From: Lentibacter algarum
Lineage (GTDB): Bacteria; Pseudomonadota; Alphaproteobacteria; Rhodobacterales; Rhodobacteraceae
Length of the DNA stretch: 32,000 nt
Assembly: GCF_018860975.1 (NCBI RefSeq)
Contig: NZ_JAHKQI010000008.1
Location: 132,626 to 164,625, forward strand
Direction of reading: 5' to 3'
The notes under the pieces are model-generated. The model did no database searches, had not been told where the DNA came from, and saw only the letters and a program-made list of their open reading frames with translations. Shown here piece by piece: positions 1-8,662 of this stretch. The translations under genes were made by a program, and so were the position numbers. How positions within the stretch are numbered: position 1 is the stretch's first letter; every line of letters begins with the position of its first letter.

Positions 1-10
1 AGTAAAAGCC

Positions 11-1168
11 CTATGCCAACCCATTCAAAGTGGTAGCAAGTCGATTAGCAATCTTACCCGCCGCCTTCTGCACCGCATCATCTGACAAATGGGCATATCT
101 CAAAGTAGTAGACAGGTTTTTGTGGCCCAAAATCTCCTTAAGCATGAATGGATCAACTCCGTTCATTACTGCAACCGATGCATAGGTGTGGCGCAAATCG
201 TGGACTCGCACGTCTTCTAAACCCGCACGCGCCCTAATCTTGCGCCAAGGTTTTTGCATGTCGTTGTAGTGACCAGTGCCATGATCGCCCAGAATGACAT
301 AGGGGTTGCCTTCTCGTCGATCGAGCATGTCGATAAGGGCACGTGCCTCGCGGGGCAGGGGAATACGCCTGCGGCCTGTCTTGCTGTCAGGTAATTCGAG
401 ATGCGTTCGGGTGACATAATCCCATTTTAGCTTTTGAATTTCGCCAAGTCGGCAACCAGTCAACAACAGCAAATAGAAGGCTGCAAAAACATAACGTGTG
501 ATTTCACCAGCTGCGAGCATTTCTGTCAAAACCTCGCCAAGCCGTTCCTGTTCACTTTCATCGAGATAGCGTTTTTTTTCCACTTCCGGATATTTTTTGA
601 TCCGCGTGGTTGGGTTCGAGTTCATCGAGCGTAATCCCCAATCTTCGGCAAGGTTCAACATTTTCGACAAAATCATAACGCCACGGTTGGCAAGATAGGG
701 CGTGTCGCGCCGCTTCTGATGGAAAGCTTGAATGTCTGTAAATGAGATTTCGGAAGTTTTGATGCTTCCAAGCACGGGGTTAACAACCTTCTTGAGGATA
801 CCTGCATATCCGGTTTGAGTTGTTGGTTTGCAATGCACGGCCACATGTTCTTTTAGAAAGCGCTCGCCAAGTTCCTTTATGGTTGGGCTTCTCAAACGTG
901 CTTTGCGTTCTGCCGATGGGTCTGAACCGCGTGCTACTTCGGCTTGGACAAGCTTCGCATCTTTGCGAGCTTCTTCGGCTGTCACGATGCCATGCCTGCC
1001 AAGGGTCTTACGACGTGTGCGGCCATTAAGTTTGTATTGGACGATAAAAACCTTTCGGCCTGTCGGGTATATTCGCACGCCAAAACCTGCCAGTTCTTCG
1101 TCCCAAAGAATGGTTTCTCGTTCTGGGTTTTGTATGCTTTCCACATATCGTTTGGTTAGTTTTGCCAT
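11..1168 (-). CDS. Tyrosine recombinase/integrase (DUF4102-type N-terminus) of an element extending off the left edge
   Basis: 385-aa ORF; catalytic motifs LLTGCRLGEIQ, VHDLRHTYAS, LGHKNLSTTLRYAHL; next to a tRNA 3' remnant. Confidence 0.93.
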   Translation of the reverse strand: MAKLTKRYVESIQNPERETILWDEELAGFGVRIYPTGRKVFIVQYKLNGRTRRKTLGRHGIVTAEEARKDAKLVQAEVARGSDPSAERKARLRSPTIKELGERFLKEHVAVHCKPTTQTGYAGILKKVVNPVLGSIKTSEISFTDIQAFHQKRRDTPYLANRGVMILSKMLNLAEDWGLRSMNSNPTTRIKKYPEVEKKRYLDESEQERLGEVLTEMLAAGEITRYVFAAFYLLLLTGCRLGEIQKLKWDYVTRTHLELPDSKTGRRRIPLPREARALIDMLDRREGNPYVILGDHGTGHYNDMQKPWRKIRARAGLEDVRVHDLRHTYASVAVMNGVDPFMLKEILGHKNLSTTLRYAHLSDDAVQKAAGKIANRLATTLNGLA

Positions 1169-1345
1169 GATATCGTGCGCCCCTTTTTGTCAAATCCGGA
1201 AGCTTATCGGAAGCCTCGTGCAGCGTTTCATGGCGTTAGTAATGTTAGAAGGGCGGTTGAATGGTCAATAATAAATGTTTGTTTTCAGTCATTTATGGTT
1301 GAAGGGCGCATTGTGGAGAAAACGGGCGAAATCACCTTATTCGAA

Positions 1346-1389
1346 TTTGTAATCAATAGGTCCGCGGTTCGAGTCCGTGTGGGGGCACC
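1346..1389 (+). repeat. 3' fragment of tRNA-Thr(TGT), probable att site at the right end of the left element
   Basis: ttgtaatcaataggtccgcggttcgagtccgtgtgggggcacca has a partial anticodon loop, T-arm, 3' acceptor strand and CCA; no 5' half upstream. Confidence 0.75.
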
Positions 1390-1985
1390 ATTTTCCTATT
1401 TCGAGAAATCCAAAGACGTCCGATAAGCCCTGTTTTATAAGGCTTTCGTTGATGTCCTTTGTCCGATGGCATTTACTGCCGTTTGATACGATACCCCCAG
1501 ATGCCTCTTGGCGGTATTCAGATTCGAAATCTAAGACCCAAAAGTGAGCTTTCAAAAAAGCTGAGGTTGTAGGCCTCCATGCATTGGTCAAGCCGAATGC
1601 TCAAAGCTTTGACAACCGAAGGGTCTCATGTTCGGAAAAGAACAGTTGCTTGGTTTGGGCAGTTACCCCGTCAGTTTGACTGGCACGGGCGCGTCCTTGC
1701 CGGGGAGGGCCGCAAGCCGGTAGCGGCGAACATGTCGGCTGCGATGAGCAGATAACGAGAGTTATAGCCGCGATTGGAGCAACGTGAAGGCAGGGGACAC
1801 CACGGGGTTCTTGCATGCACCTGTGCATCTCCGGCGCTTTTCTGATTGTTTTAGTTGGGTATTGGCAGCGCTCAACATCAGTAAAACAAGGGGCTTGGGG
1901 GTGTCACTTTTAAAATTTTACCAATTGATAAAAAAATAAACTGCCTGTAGCCTGTTTCATGCGAGATGGAACTTGGGAGACCTAA

Positions 1986-3314
1986 ATGAGCAATTCAACA
2001 TCCACACCGGGAATCGCTGCAGAGAGGCTCGAAGGCCCTGCGCTGAAGGACAACTTTAGCGACTTGCATGCACCGCTGTCTGATCACGAGGCCCTGGTTG
2101 CCGCCGACAGATGTTACTTCTGTCATGACGCGCCTTGCATGACGGCTTGCCCAACCTCCATCGACATCCCGTTGTTTATTCGCCAGATCAGCACAGGCAC
2201 GCCCGAGGCTTCCGCCAAGACGATCTTCTCCCAAAACATTCTTGGTGGAATGTGCGCACGGGTATGCCCGACTGAAACGCTTTGCGAAGAAGTTTGCGTG
2301 CGCGAAGTCGCCGAGGGCAAGCCTGTCGAGATCGGCCGCTTGCAGCGTTATGCAACCGACACTCTTATGGCACAGGGCGAGCAACCGTTCGAGCGCGCCG
2401 CCAGCACGGGCAAGACAATTGCGGTTGTCGGGGCAGGGCCTGCGGGACTTGCCTGCGCGCACAAACTGGCGATGCTCGGCCATGATGTTGTTCTCTTTGA
2501 GGCCCGCTCAAAGGGCGGAGGGCTCAACGAGTTTGGCATCGCGGCTTACAAATCGGTTGATGGCTTTGCGCAACGCGAGGTTGATTGGCTGCTCGGCATT
2601 GGCGGCATTACATTAAACTACGGTCAGGCCATTGGGGATGGACTTACACTTGAAAGCTTACAAGCTGACTACGACGCGGTTTTTCTTGGCATGGGCCTAT
2701 CCGGTGTCAATGCGCTGCGCTGTGAGGGCGAAGAGCTTGCAGGGGTCAGCGACGCTGTCGAGTTTATTGCAGATCTTCGACAAGCAGAGGATCTGCGCAA
2801 AGTTGAAGTGGGCCGGAATGTTGTCGTCATCGGCGGTGGTATGACAGCGGTTGATGCTGCGGTGCAAAGTAAACTTCTGGGCGCGCAAGACGTGGCGCTG
2901 GTTTACCGCCGCGGCAAGGAGGCGATGAGCGCCTCGCTCTATGAGCAGGAGTTGGCCACGTCAAAAGGCGTGCGGATCATCTACAATGCGCAGCCAATGA
3001 AAGTCGCCAAGAGCGGCAAGGCTCTAAGCGTTGAATTTGCTTACACCAAGACGAAAAAGGGCAAGCTTACCCGCACTGGCGAAAGCTTCAATCTACCAGC
3101 CGATCAGGTGTTCAAAGCTATCGGTCAGACGCTTGAAGGCGCACCAGATGCTCTGGCGATCGACGGTGGTAAGATCACCGTTGACGAGAACGGCCAGACC
3201 AGCGTCGCAGGTGTTTGGGCTGGCGGTGACTGCGCTTCTGGCGGTGATGACCTCACGGTAACTGCCGTCGCCGAAGGCCGTGACGCTGCGCTCAACATTC
3301 ACTCAACGCTTTGA
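1986..3314 (+). CDS. preT: NAD(P)-dependent dihydropyrimidine dehydrogenase, small subunit (PreT-like)
   Basis: 442 aa; N-terminal Cys clusters CYFCHDAPCMTACPTSIDIP and CARVCPTETLCEEVCVRE; FAD/NAD binding motifs VVGAGPAGLACAHKL and VVVIGGGMTAVDAA; adjacent to preA. Confidence 0.92.
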   Translation: MSNSTSTPGIAAERLEGPALKDNFSDLHAPLSDHEALVAADRCYFCHDAPCMTACPTSIDIPLFIRQISTGTPEASAKTIFSQNILGGMCARVCPTETLCEEVCVREVAEGKPVEIGRLQRYATDTLMAQGEQPFERAASTGKTIAVVGAGPAGLACAHKLAMLGHDVVLFEARSKGGGLNEFGIAAYKSVDGFAQREVDWLLGIGGITLNYGQAIGDGLTLESLQADYDAVFLGMGLSGVNALRCEGEELAGVSDAVEFIADLRQAEDLRKVEVGRNVVVIGGGMTAVDAAVQSKLLGAQDVALVYRRGKEAMSASLYEQELATSKGVRIIYNAQPMKVAKSGKALSVEFAYTKTKKGKLTRTGESFNLPADQVFKAIGQTLEGAPDALAIDGGKITVDENGQTSVAGVWAGGDCASGGDDLTVTAVAEGRDAALNIHSTL

Positions 3315-3340
3315 TAGCAAACCAGAAAGAGGGAAGAACA

Positions 3341-4645
3341 ATGGCAGATCTTACAACCACATTTGTTGGCATCACATCACCAAACCCGTTCTGGCTTGCG
3401 TCAGCGCCACCGACCGACAAGGAATACAACGTGCGCCGCGCCTTTGAGGCTGGTTGGGGCGGTGTTGTCTGGAAGACGCTTGGTTCGGAAGGGCCGCCTG
3501 TCGTTAACGTCAACGGCCCGCGCTACGGCGTCATTCATGGAGCAGATCGCCGCGTGCTTGGCCTCAATAACATCGAGCTGATCACCGACCGTGACCTCTA
3601 CCAGAACCTTGAGGAAATCAAGCGCGTCAAGGCCGACTACCCTGACCGCGCCATTATCGTTTCCTTGATGGTTCCCTGCGAGGAGGAGGCTTGGAAGGCC
3701 ATTCTGCCGCTGGTTGAAGACACTGGCGCTGACGGGATCGAGCTGAACTTTGGTTGCCCGCACGGCATGGCCGAACGCGGCATGGGATCGGCTGTCGGGC
3801 AGGTGCCTGAATACATCGAAATGGTCACGCGCTGGTGCAAACAATACTACTCCAAGCCGGTGATCGTGAAGCTCACGCCCAACATCACCGATATTCGCCA
3901 ACCGGCTGCCGCCGCGATGCGCGGAGGAGCTGACGCTGTCTCGCTGATCAACACCATCAACTCGATCATCTCGGTTGACCTTGACGCAATGGCACCGCAA
4001 CCGACGATTGACGGCAAAGGCACGCATGGCGGCTATTGTGGCCCCGCGGTCAAGCCGATCGCGATGAACATGGTCGCCGAAATCGCCCGCTCACCAGAGA
4101 CAGCGGGCTTGCCGATATCGGGCATCGGCGGCATCACCACTTGGCGCGATGCAGCCGAGTTCATGGTGCTTGGCTGTGGCAATGTGCAGGTCTGCACCGC
4201 GGCGATGACCTATGGTTTCAAAGTCGTCCAAGAGATGATCAGCGGGTTGTCGCAGTGGATGGACGAGAAGGGGCATACCTCTGTCTCCGACTTTGCCGGT
4301 GCAGCTGTGCCAAATGTCACTGACTGGCAGTATCTCAACCTCAACTACGTTACCAAAGCCTCGATCAGTCAGGATGATTGCATCAGCTGTGGCCGTTGCT
4401 TTGCCGCCTGCGAAGACACCTCGCACCAAGCGATCCTGATGTCGGAAGACCGTGTGTTCACCGTCGACAATTCCGAGTGCGTGGCTTGCAACCTCTGCGT
4501 TGAAGTTTGCCCAGTTGAAGATTGCATCACAATGGTCGTGCAAGAGCCCGGAAGCGTCGACGAGCGCACGGGCAAACCTGTTGTCAAAGAACATGGCGAC
4601 TGGACAAAACACCCCAACAACCCGGGTGCGGTTGCTGCTGAATAA
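3341..4645 (+). CDS. preA: NAD-dependent dihydropyrimidine dehydrogenase subunit PreA
   Basis: DHOdehase-like barrel followed by two 4Fe-4S motifs, CISCGRCFAAC and CVACNLCVEVCP. Start chosen at MADLTTTF, preceded by gagggaag. Confidence 0.93.
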   Translation: MADLTTTFVGITSPNPFWLASAPPTDKEYNVRRAFEAGWGGVVWKTLGSEGPPVVNVNGPRYGVIHGADRRVLGLNNIELITDRDLYQNLEEIKRVKADYPDRAIIVSLMVPCEEEAWKAILPLVEDTGADGIELNFGCPHGMAERGMGSAVGQVPEYIEMVTRWCKQYYSKPVIVKLTPNITDIRQPAAAAMRGGADAVSLINTINSIISVDLDAMAPQPTIDGKGTHGGYCGPAVKPIAMNMVAEIARSPETAGLPISGIGGITTWRDAAEFMVLGCGNVQVCTAAMTYGFKVVQEMISGLSQWMDEKGHTSVSDFAGAAVPNVTDWQYLNLNYVTKASISQDDCISCGRCFAACEDTSHQAILMSEDRVFTVDNSECVACNLCVEVCPVEDCITMVVQEPGSVDERTGKPVVKEHGDWTKHPNNPGAVAAE

Positions 4646-4648
4646 GCC

Positions 4649-5530
4649 GTGAGCCGCGAGCTTTCAGGCCATATAGCAATGATGGGCTTCGCGGCTTTGG
4701 TCGCGGGGTCTTTCGCTTTTGGGGCGCTGATCGGCGATCAGATGTCGCCGCTTGTTGTTACCGCGTTCCGGTTCACGATTACGGTTGTTTTGCTTGGGGT
4801 TCTGGCGTGGCCGGCGTTGCGCAAGGGGCGTGAAGCCTTCAATGCACCCTGGCGTTATCTGGTGCTTGGTGCCAGCCCGGCGCTCTACTTTATCTTTATG
4901 TTCGAAGCCCTCAAAACCGCGCCTGCCGTGTCGCTCTCGGTTGAGTTTACGCTGACACCACTTGTTACAGGTGTTTTCGGTTATTTCCTGCTAAATCAGA
5001 TACCTACGCGGCGTGTTTTACTTGCTTTGCTGATCGGCGCTCTTGGTGCTGTCTGGGTGATCTTTCGGGGTGATCTCTCGCAACTCATGGCGTTTCATAT
5101 CGGACGCGGTGAGGTTATCTTCCTTGTCGGGATGACGTTTTATGCGCTCTACGCCCCCCTCGTGCGCAGGCTCAAACGCGACGAGCCACCGGTTGTGTTC
5201 ACCTTTGCGATCACGCTCGGCGCGCTGGTGGTGACGCTGCCTTTTGCCTTCAAGGGCCTGGTGACAACCGACTACAGCGCTGTGCCGCTCACAGTCTGGG
5301 CTGTGGTGTTCTACCTCGCTGTATTTGCCAGTGCAGCAACGTTCTCTTTGATCCAGTTCGCGACACTGCGCCTGCCGTCAGTCAAAGTCATGGCGCATAC
5401 ATACCTGATCCCGAGTTGGGTGATCTTCTGGCAGCTCGTTATGGGCAACGGGGGGCCAACCGCTTACGATATGATCGGCGTGGCACTCACGGTTCTGGCG
5501 CTTGTTTTGCTGCTTAAGACGCAGGGTTGA
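4649..5530 (+). CDS. DMT/EamA family transporter
   Basis: 293-aa multi-TM protein with two internally similar halves; immediately follows preA. Confidence 0.85.
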   Translation: MSRELSGHIAMMGFAALVAGSFAFGALIGDQMSPLVVTAFRFTITVVLLGVLAWPALRKGREAFNAPWRYLVLGASPALYFIFMFEALKTAPAVSLSVEFTLTPLVTGVFGYFLLNQIPTRRVLLALLIGALGAVWVIFRGDLSQLMAFHIGRGEVIFLVGMTFYALYAPLVRRLKRDEPPVVFTFAITLGALVVTLPFAFKGLVTTDYSAVPLTVWAVVFYLAVFASAATFSLIQFATLRLPSVKVMAHTYLIPSWVIFWQLVMGNGGPTAYDMIGVALTVLALVLLLKTQG

Positions 5531-6140
5531 GCAGTTTGCGATACATGTTGTCCAGAAAGGGGCCTGCGCTGGCAAACGGGTCGTTTACATCGCGCATTAC
5601 AGCGCGCACCTGAATGTCAAAGTCAGCGTAGTGCTGTGTGGTTGCCCAAATCGAGAAGAACAGATGCATCGGATCAATGTCCGCGATTTTGCCAGCCTTG
5701 ATCCAGCCGCTAACAACCCCGGCCTTCAAAGTCACCAAGTCTCTCAGTTCACCTTGCAACTCGGGCAAGACATGCGGCGCACCTTGCAGTATTTCATTGG
5801 CAAACAGCTTGCTCTCGCGCGGAAATTTTTGCGTCATCTTGAGCTTCTGGGCGACATATCCGCAGATCTCTTCAATCGGCTCTCCGGCTTCATCAAGCGC
5901 ATAAAGCGGCGCCAGCCATGTCTTGAGCAATTCGTCCAGAAGCGCCTTGTGGATGGCTTCCTTGCTGTCAAAGTAATAGAGTATGTTGGGTTTGGAGAGG
6001 CCGGCGCGTGTGGCGATCATGTCAATCGTCGAGCCGCGAAAGCCGCGCTCGGAGAACACATCAAGCGCGGCTTCAAGTATCTCGCGGGTCTTCTCGCGCT
6101 GGATGCGCGTCGGGCGTTTGGTTGATTGTGATCTCGCCAT
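5514..6140 (-). CDS. TetR family regulator, RutR-like
   Basis: N-terminal HTH TREKILEAALDVFSERGFRGSTIDMIATRAGLSKPNILYYF; C-terminal MHLFFSIWATTQHYADF shared with the neighbouring regulator. Confidence 0.9.
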   Translation of the reverse strand: MARSQSTKRPTRIQREKTREILEAALDVFSERGFRGSTIDMIATRAGLSKPNILYYFDSKEAIHKALLDELLKTWLAPLYALDEAGEPIEEICGYVAQKLKMTQKFPRESKLFANEILQGAPHVLPELQGELRDLVTLKAGVVSGWIKAGKIADIDPMHLFFSIWATTQHYADFDIQVRAVMRDVNDPFASAGPFLDNMYRKLLNPAS

Positions 6141-6157
6141 GCAAAGCGCCTTTCCGG

Positions 6158-6796
6158 TTAAACGACAGAAAGGCCCACACCCTTCAGAATAATCGTTTTA
6201 ACTGAAAGTTTAGCTGCTTGCCACTGTTCATCAGTGTAGGGCACGCCGCCGTTCAGAGTTTCGATCTGATGACCGAAATCCGCGTAATGCTGTGTGGTTG
6301 ACCAGATCATATAGAGCAGGTGCGCAGGGTCGATCGCATCCATCTCGCCATTCGCGATCCAGCGCTCGATATGCAGGCCACGGTCGGTTGACCACTCCTT
6401 GAGTCGGCCTTCCAGATAGTCCTGAATGATCGGCGCACCGTGCATCACCTCGGCTGCCCAAACGCGCGAGCCGTTAGGGTGTGAACGTGACAGATCCATC
6501 TTGATGTCGATGTAACGGCACAGGGCTTCGCTCGGCCCAAGCTCGGTGTCAAACGCCGAGGCCGCCTCCATCCAAATATCAAAGATGTTGTAAACGACGC
6601 GGCGGTAAATCTCTTCTTTGGTTTTGAAGTAGTAATGCACATTCGCCTTCGGGAGGCCCGCAACATCGGCTATCAGCTGTGTCGTTGCCCCCGCAAACCC
6701 CGCCTCTGCAAAGACTTTTTCAGCCGCCTCCAAAATAAGCTTTTGGTTCTGCGAGCGCTTAGAAGTTTGGCGAAAGGGGATGGGCTCGGTTGACAC
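6158..6796 (-). CDS. TetR family regulator, RutR-like (second copy)
   Basis: HTH QKLILEAAEKVFAEAGFAGATTQLIADVAGLPKANVHYYF and LLYMIWSTTQHYADF. ORF is open to 6910, but a GTG start at 6796 with ggaaag upstream is more plausible. Confidence 0.87.
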   Translation of the reverse strand: MSTEPIPFRQTSKRSQNQKLILEAAEKVFAEAGFAGATTQLIADVAGLPKANVHYYFKTKEEIYRRVVYNIFDIWMEAASAFDTELGPSEALCRYIDIKMDLSRSHPNGSRVWAAEVMHGAPIIQDYLEGRLKEWSTDRGLHIERWIANGEMDAIDPAHLLYMIWSTTQHYADFGHQIETLNGGVPYTDEQWQAAKLSVKTIILKGVGLSVV

Positions 6797-6846
6797 AACA
6801 TTCTTTCCAGAAAAAACTTGACCGATTAGACAGGTCGCTACAATAC

Positions 6847-6862
6847 TTGACCATATAGTCAA
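6847..6862. promoter_or_regulatory. Candidate RutR-like operator TTGACCATATAGTCAA
   Basis: Near-perfect palindrome, one mismatch from the E. coli RutR consensus TTGACCAnnTGGTCAA, between the divergent TetR gene (6158..6796) and the hydrolase gene (6901). A weaker similar half-site starts at 6818 (TTGACCgattAGACAG). Confidence 0.65.
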
Positions 6863-6900
6863 AAAAAATTCCGTCAAGGAAGCTCCGAGGGGGGAGAGAC

Positions 6901-8154
6901 ATGCCAACACTCAATTCGAACCTGCGCATCAATGGTGAGCGCCTGTGGGACAGCCTGATGGAAATGGCCAAAATCGGCCCCGGTGTTGCGGGCGGCAACA
7001 ACCGTCAGACACTGACGGACGAAGACGGCGAAGGCCGCGCCTTGTTTCAGTCGTGGTGCGAGGCGGCAGGATGCAGCATGGGGCTTGATACGATGGGCAA
7101 TATGTTCGCCACATGGGGCGGCACAGACCCAGACGCGCTGCCGGTTTATGTTGGCTCACACCTCGACACACAGCCAACTGGCGGCAAGTATGACGGCGTG
7201 CTTGGCGTGCTCGGCGGGCTTGAGCTCATCCGGACTTTGAACGACCTTGGCATTAAAACGAAACACCCGATCGTTGTCACCAACTGGACCAACGAAGAGG
7301 GCACACGTTATGCGCCGGCAATGCTGTCGTCTGGCGTTTTTGCTGGCATTCATACCGAAGACTGGGCCTACGCGCGCGAAGACGCGGAAGGGCTGAAGTT
7401 CGGCGACGAGCTCAAGCGCATCGGCTGGCGTGGTGATGAGGAAGTCGGCGCGCGCAAGATGCACGCCATGTTCGAGTTGCACATCGAACAAGGGCCGATC
7501 CTGGAAGCCGAGGGCAAGGACATCGGCGTTGTAACGCACGGGCAGGGGCTGTCGTGGACACAAGTCACCGTAACCGGCAAAGACAGCCACACAGGCTCAA
7601 CGCCCATGCCCATGCGCAAGAACGCAGGTCTCGGCATGGCGCGGATACTGGAGAAAGTTGACGAGATCGCATGGAGCCATGCCCCCCACGCTGTTGGCGC
7701 GGCAGGGCATATCGACGTTTACCCAAACTCACGCAACGTGATCCCGGGCCAAGTGGTGTTCACAGTTGATTTTCGCTCACCAGACCTGAGCGTGATCGAG
7801 GACATGGAAGCGCGGCTGCGCGTTGAAGGCCAGAAAGTCGCTGACGATATGGGGCTTACCGTGGAGTTCGAAAAGGTCGGCGGGTTTGATCCGGTGGCGT
7901 TTGACGAAGGCTGCGTAACAGCTGTCAGAAACGCCGCAGAGCGCATGGGCTATTCGCACATGAACCTCATCTCAGGGGCAGGCCACGACGCCTGCTGGAT
8001 CAACCGCGTCGCACCCACAGCCATGATCATGTGCCCCTGCGTTGACGGGCTTAGCCACAACGAAGCTGAAGAGATTTCAAAAGAATGGGCGACAGCTGGC
8101 ACTGACGTGCTGTTGCAAGCAGTTTTGGAGACGGCGGAGATTGTAGAGGACTAA
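6901..8154 (+). CDS. Zn-dependent M20-type amidohydrolase (beta-ureidopropionase / N-carbamoyl-amino-acid hydrolase, HyuC/AmaB family)
   Basis: Motifs YVGSHLDTQPTGGKYDGVLGV, NWTNEEGTRYAP, ELHIEQGPILE, SGAGHDACW; pathway context. Confidence 0.9.
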   Translation: MPTLNSNLRINGERLWDSLMEMAKIGPGVAGGNNRQTLTDEDGEGRALFQSWCEAAGCSMGLDTMGNMFATWGGTDPDALPVYVGSHLDTQPTGGKYDGVLGVLGGLELIRTLNDLGIKTKHPIVVTNWTNEEGTRYAPAMLSSGVFAGIHTEDWAYAREDAEGLKFGDELKRIGWRGDEEVGARKMHAMFELHIEQGPILEAEGKDIGVVTHGQGLSWTQVTVTGKDSHTGSTPMPMRKNAGLGMARILEKVDEIAWSHAPHAVGAAGHIDVYPNSRNVIPGQVVFTVDFRSPDLSVIEDMEARLRVEGQKVADDMGLTVEFEKVGGFDPVAFDEGCVTAVRNAAERMGYSHMNLISGAGHDACWINRVAPTAMIMCPCVDGLSHNEAEEISKEWATAGTDVLLQAVLETAEIVED

Positions 8155-8159
8155 AGTTT

Positions 8160-8639
8160 ATGGGTTGGGATGGTAAGCAAATAACTGGCCTAAGAGAGCA
8201 AAAGGCGGGGTCAAATAGCGCGCTATATGAACACCTCTTGATGCCAAATGAGTCCGTAAAGTTTGAGTATAAGAGTATTCGCGATGTGCTAATTCTGACA
8301 GAAGTTCGTCTCGTTTCTATTGACTCGCAAGGCCTCACTGGGCGGAAAAAGGAATATATGTCTGTCGGATTCCACCAAATTACGGCATTCTCCATTGAAA
8401 CTGCAGGAACTTTTGATTTGGACGGAGAGTTCAAGGTTTGGTTGTCTGGCATGGGGCTTCTTGAATTTGAATTCGTAAAGGGTGTGGATATCAAGAAACT
8501 TGCAAAATTTATGTCTGGAAAAACACTTCCCGAAATTCCTGCGAGAAAAACTGCGTCTGAAGGCACAGCATCACCTAAAACAGATGAAGATCGCACACCA
8601 AGACTTAACGGTGGCGGCATATTCGGGCGGCAACAGTAA
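8160..8639 (+). CDS. bPH_1/DUF1696-like PH-domain protein
   Basis: SIRDVLILTEVRLVSIDSQGLTGRKKEYMSVGFHQITAFSIETAGTFDLDGEFKVWLSG resembles the bacterial PH domain family. Confidence 0.7.
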   Translation: MGWDGKQITGLREQKAGSNSALYEHLLMPNESVKFEYKSIRDVLILTEVRLVSIDSQGLTGRKKEYMSVGFHQITAFSIETAGTFDLDGEFKVWLSGMGLLEFEFVKGVDIKKLAKFMSGKTLPEIPARKTASEGTASPKTDEDRTPRLNGGGIFGRQQ

Positions 8640-8662
8640 ATGTTCCGATAAGGAGAAACAAC

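Noticed and set aside
828-1271. 147-aa plus-strand ORF and other plus-strand ORFs over 1-1170
   Set aside because: Opposite strand to the convincing integrase; composition typical of shadow ORFs.
1337-1591. Minus-strand ORF with ...HTDSNRGPIDYKFE
   Set aside because: The apparent motif is the antisense translation of the tRNA-Thr 3' fragment, a common misannotation artefact.
1390-1985. Possible degraded gene or IS remnant between the tRNA-Thr fragment and preT
   Set aside because: No recognisable protein motif or terminal inverted repeats; left unannotated.
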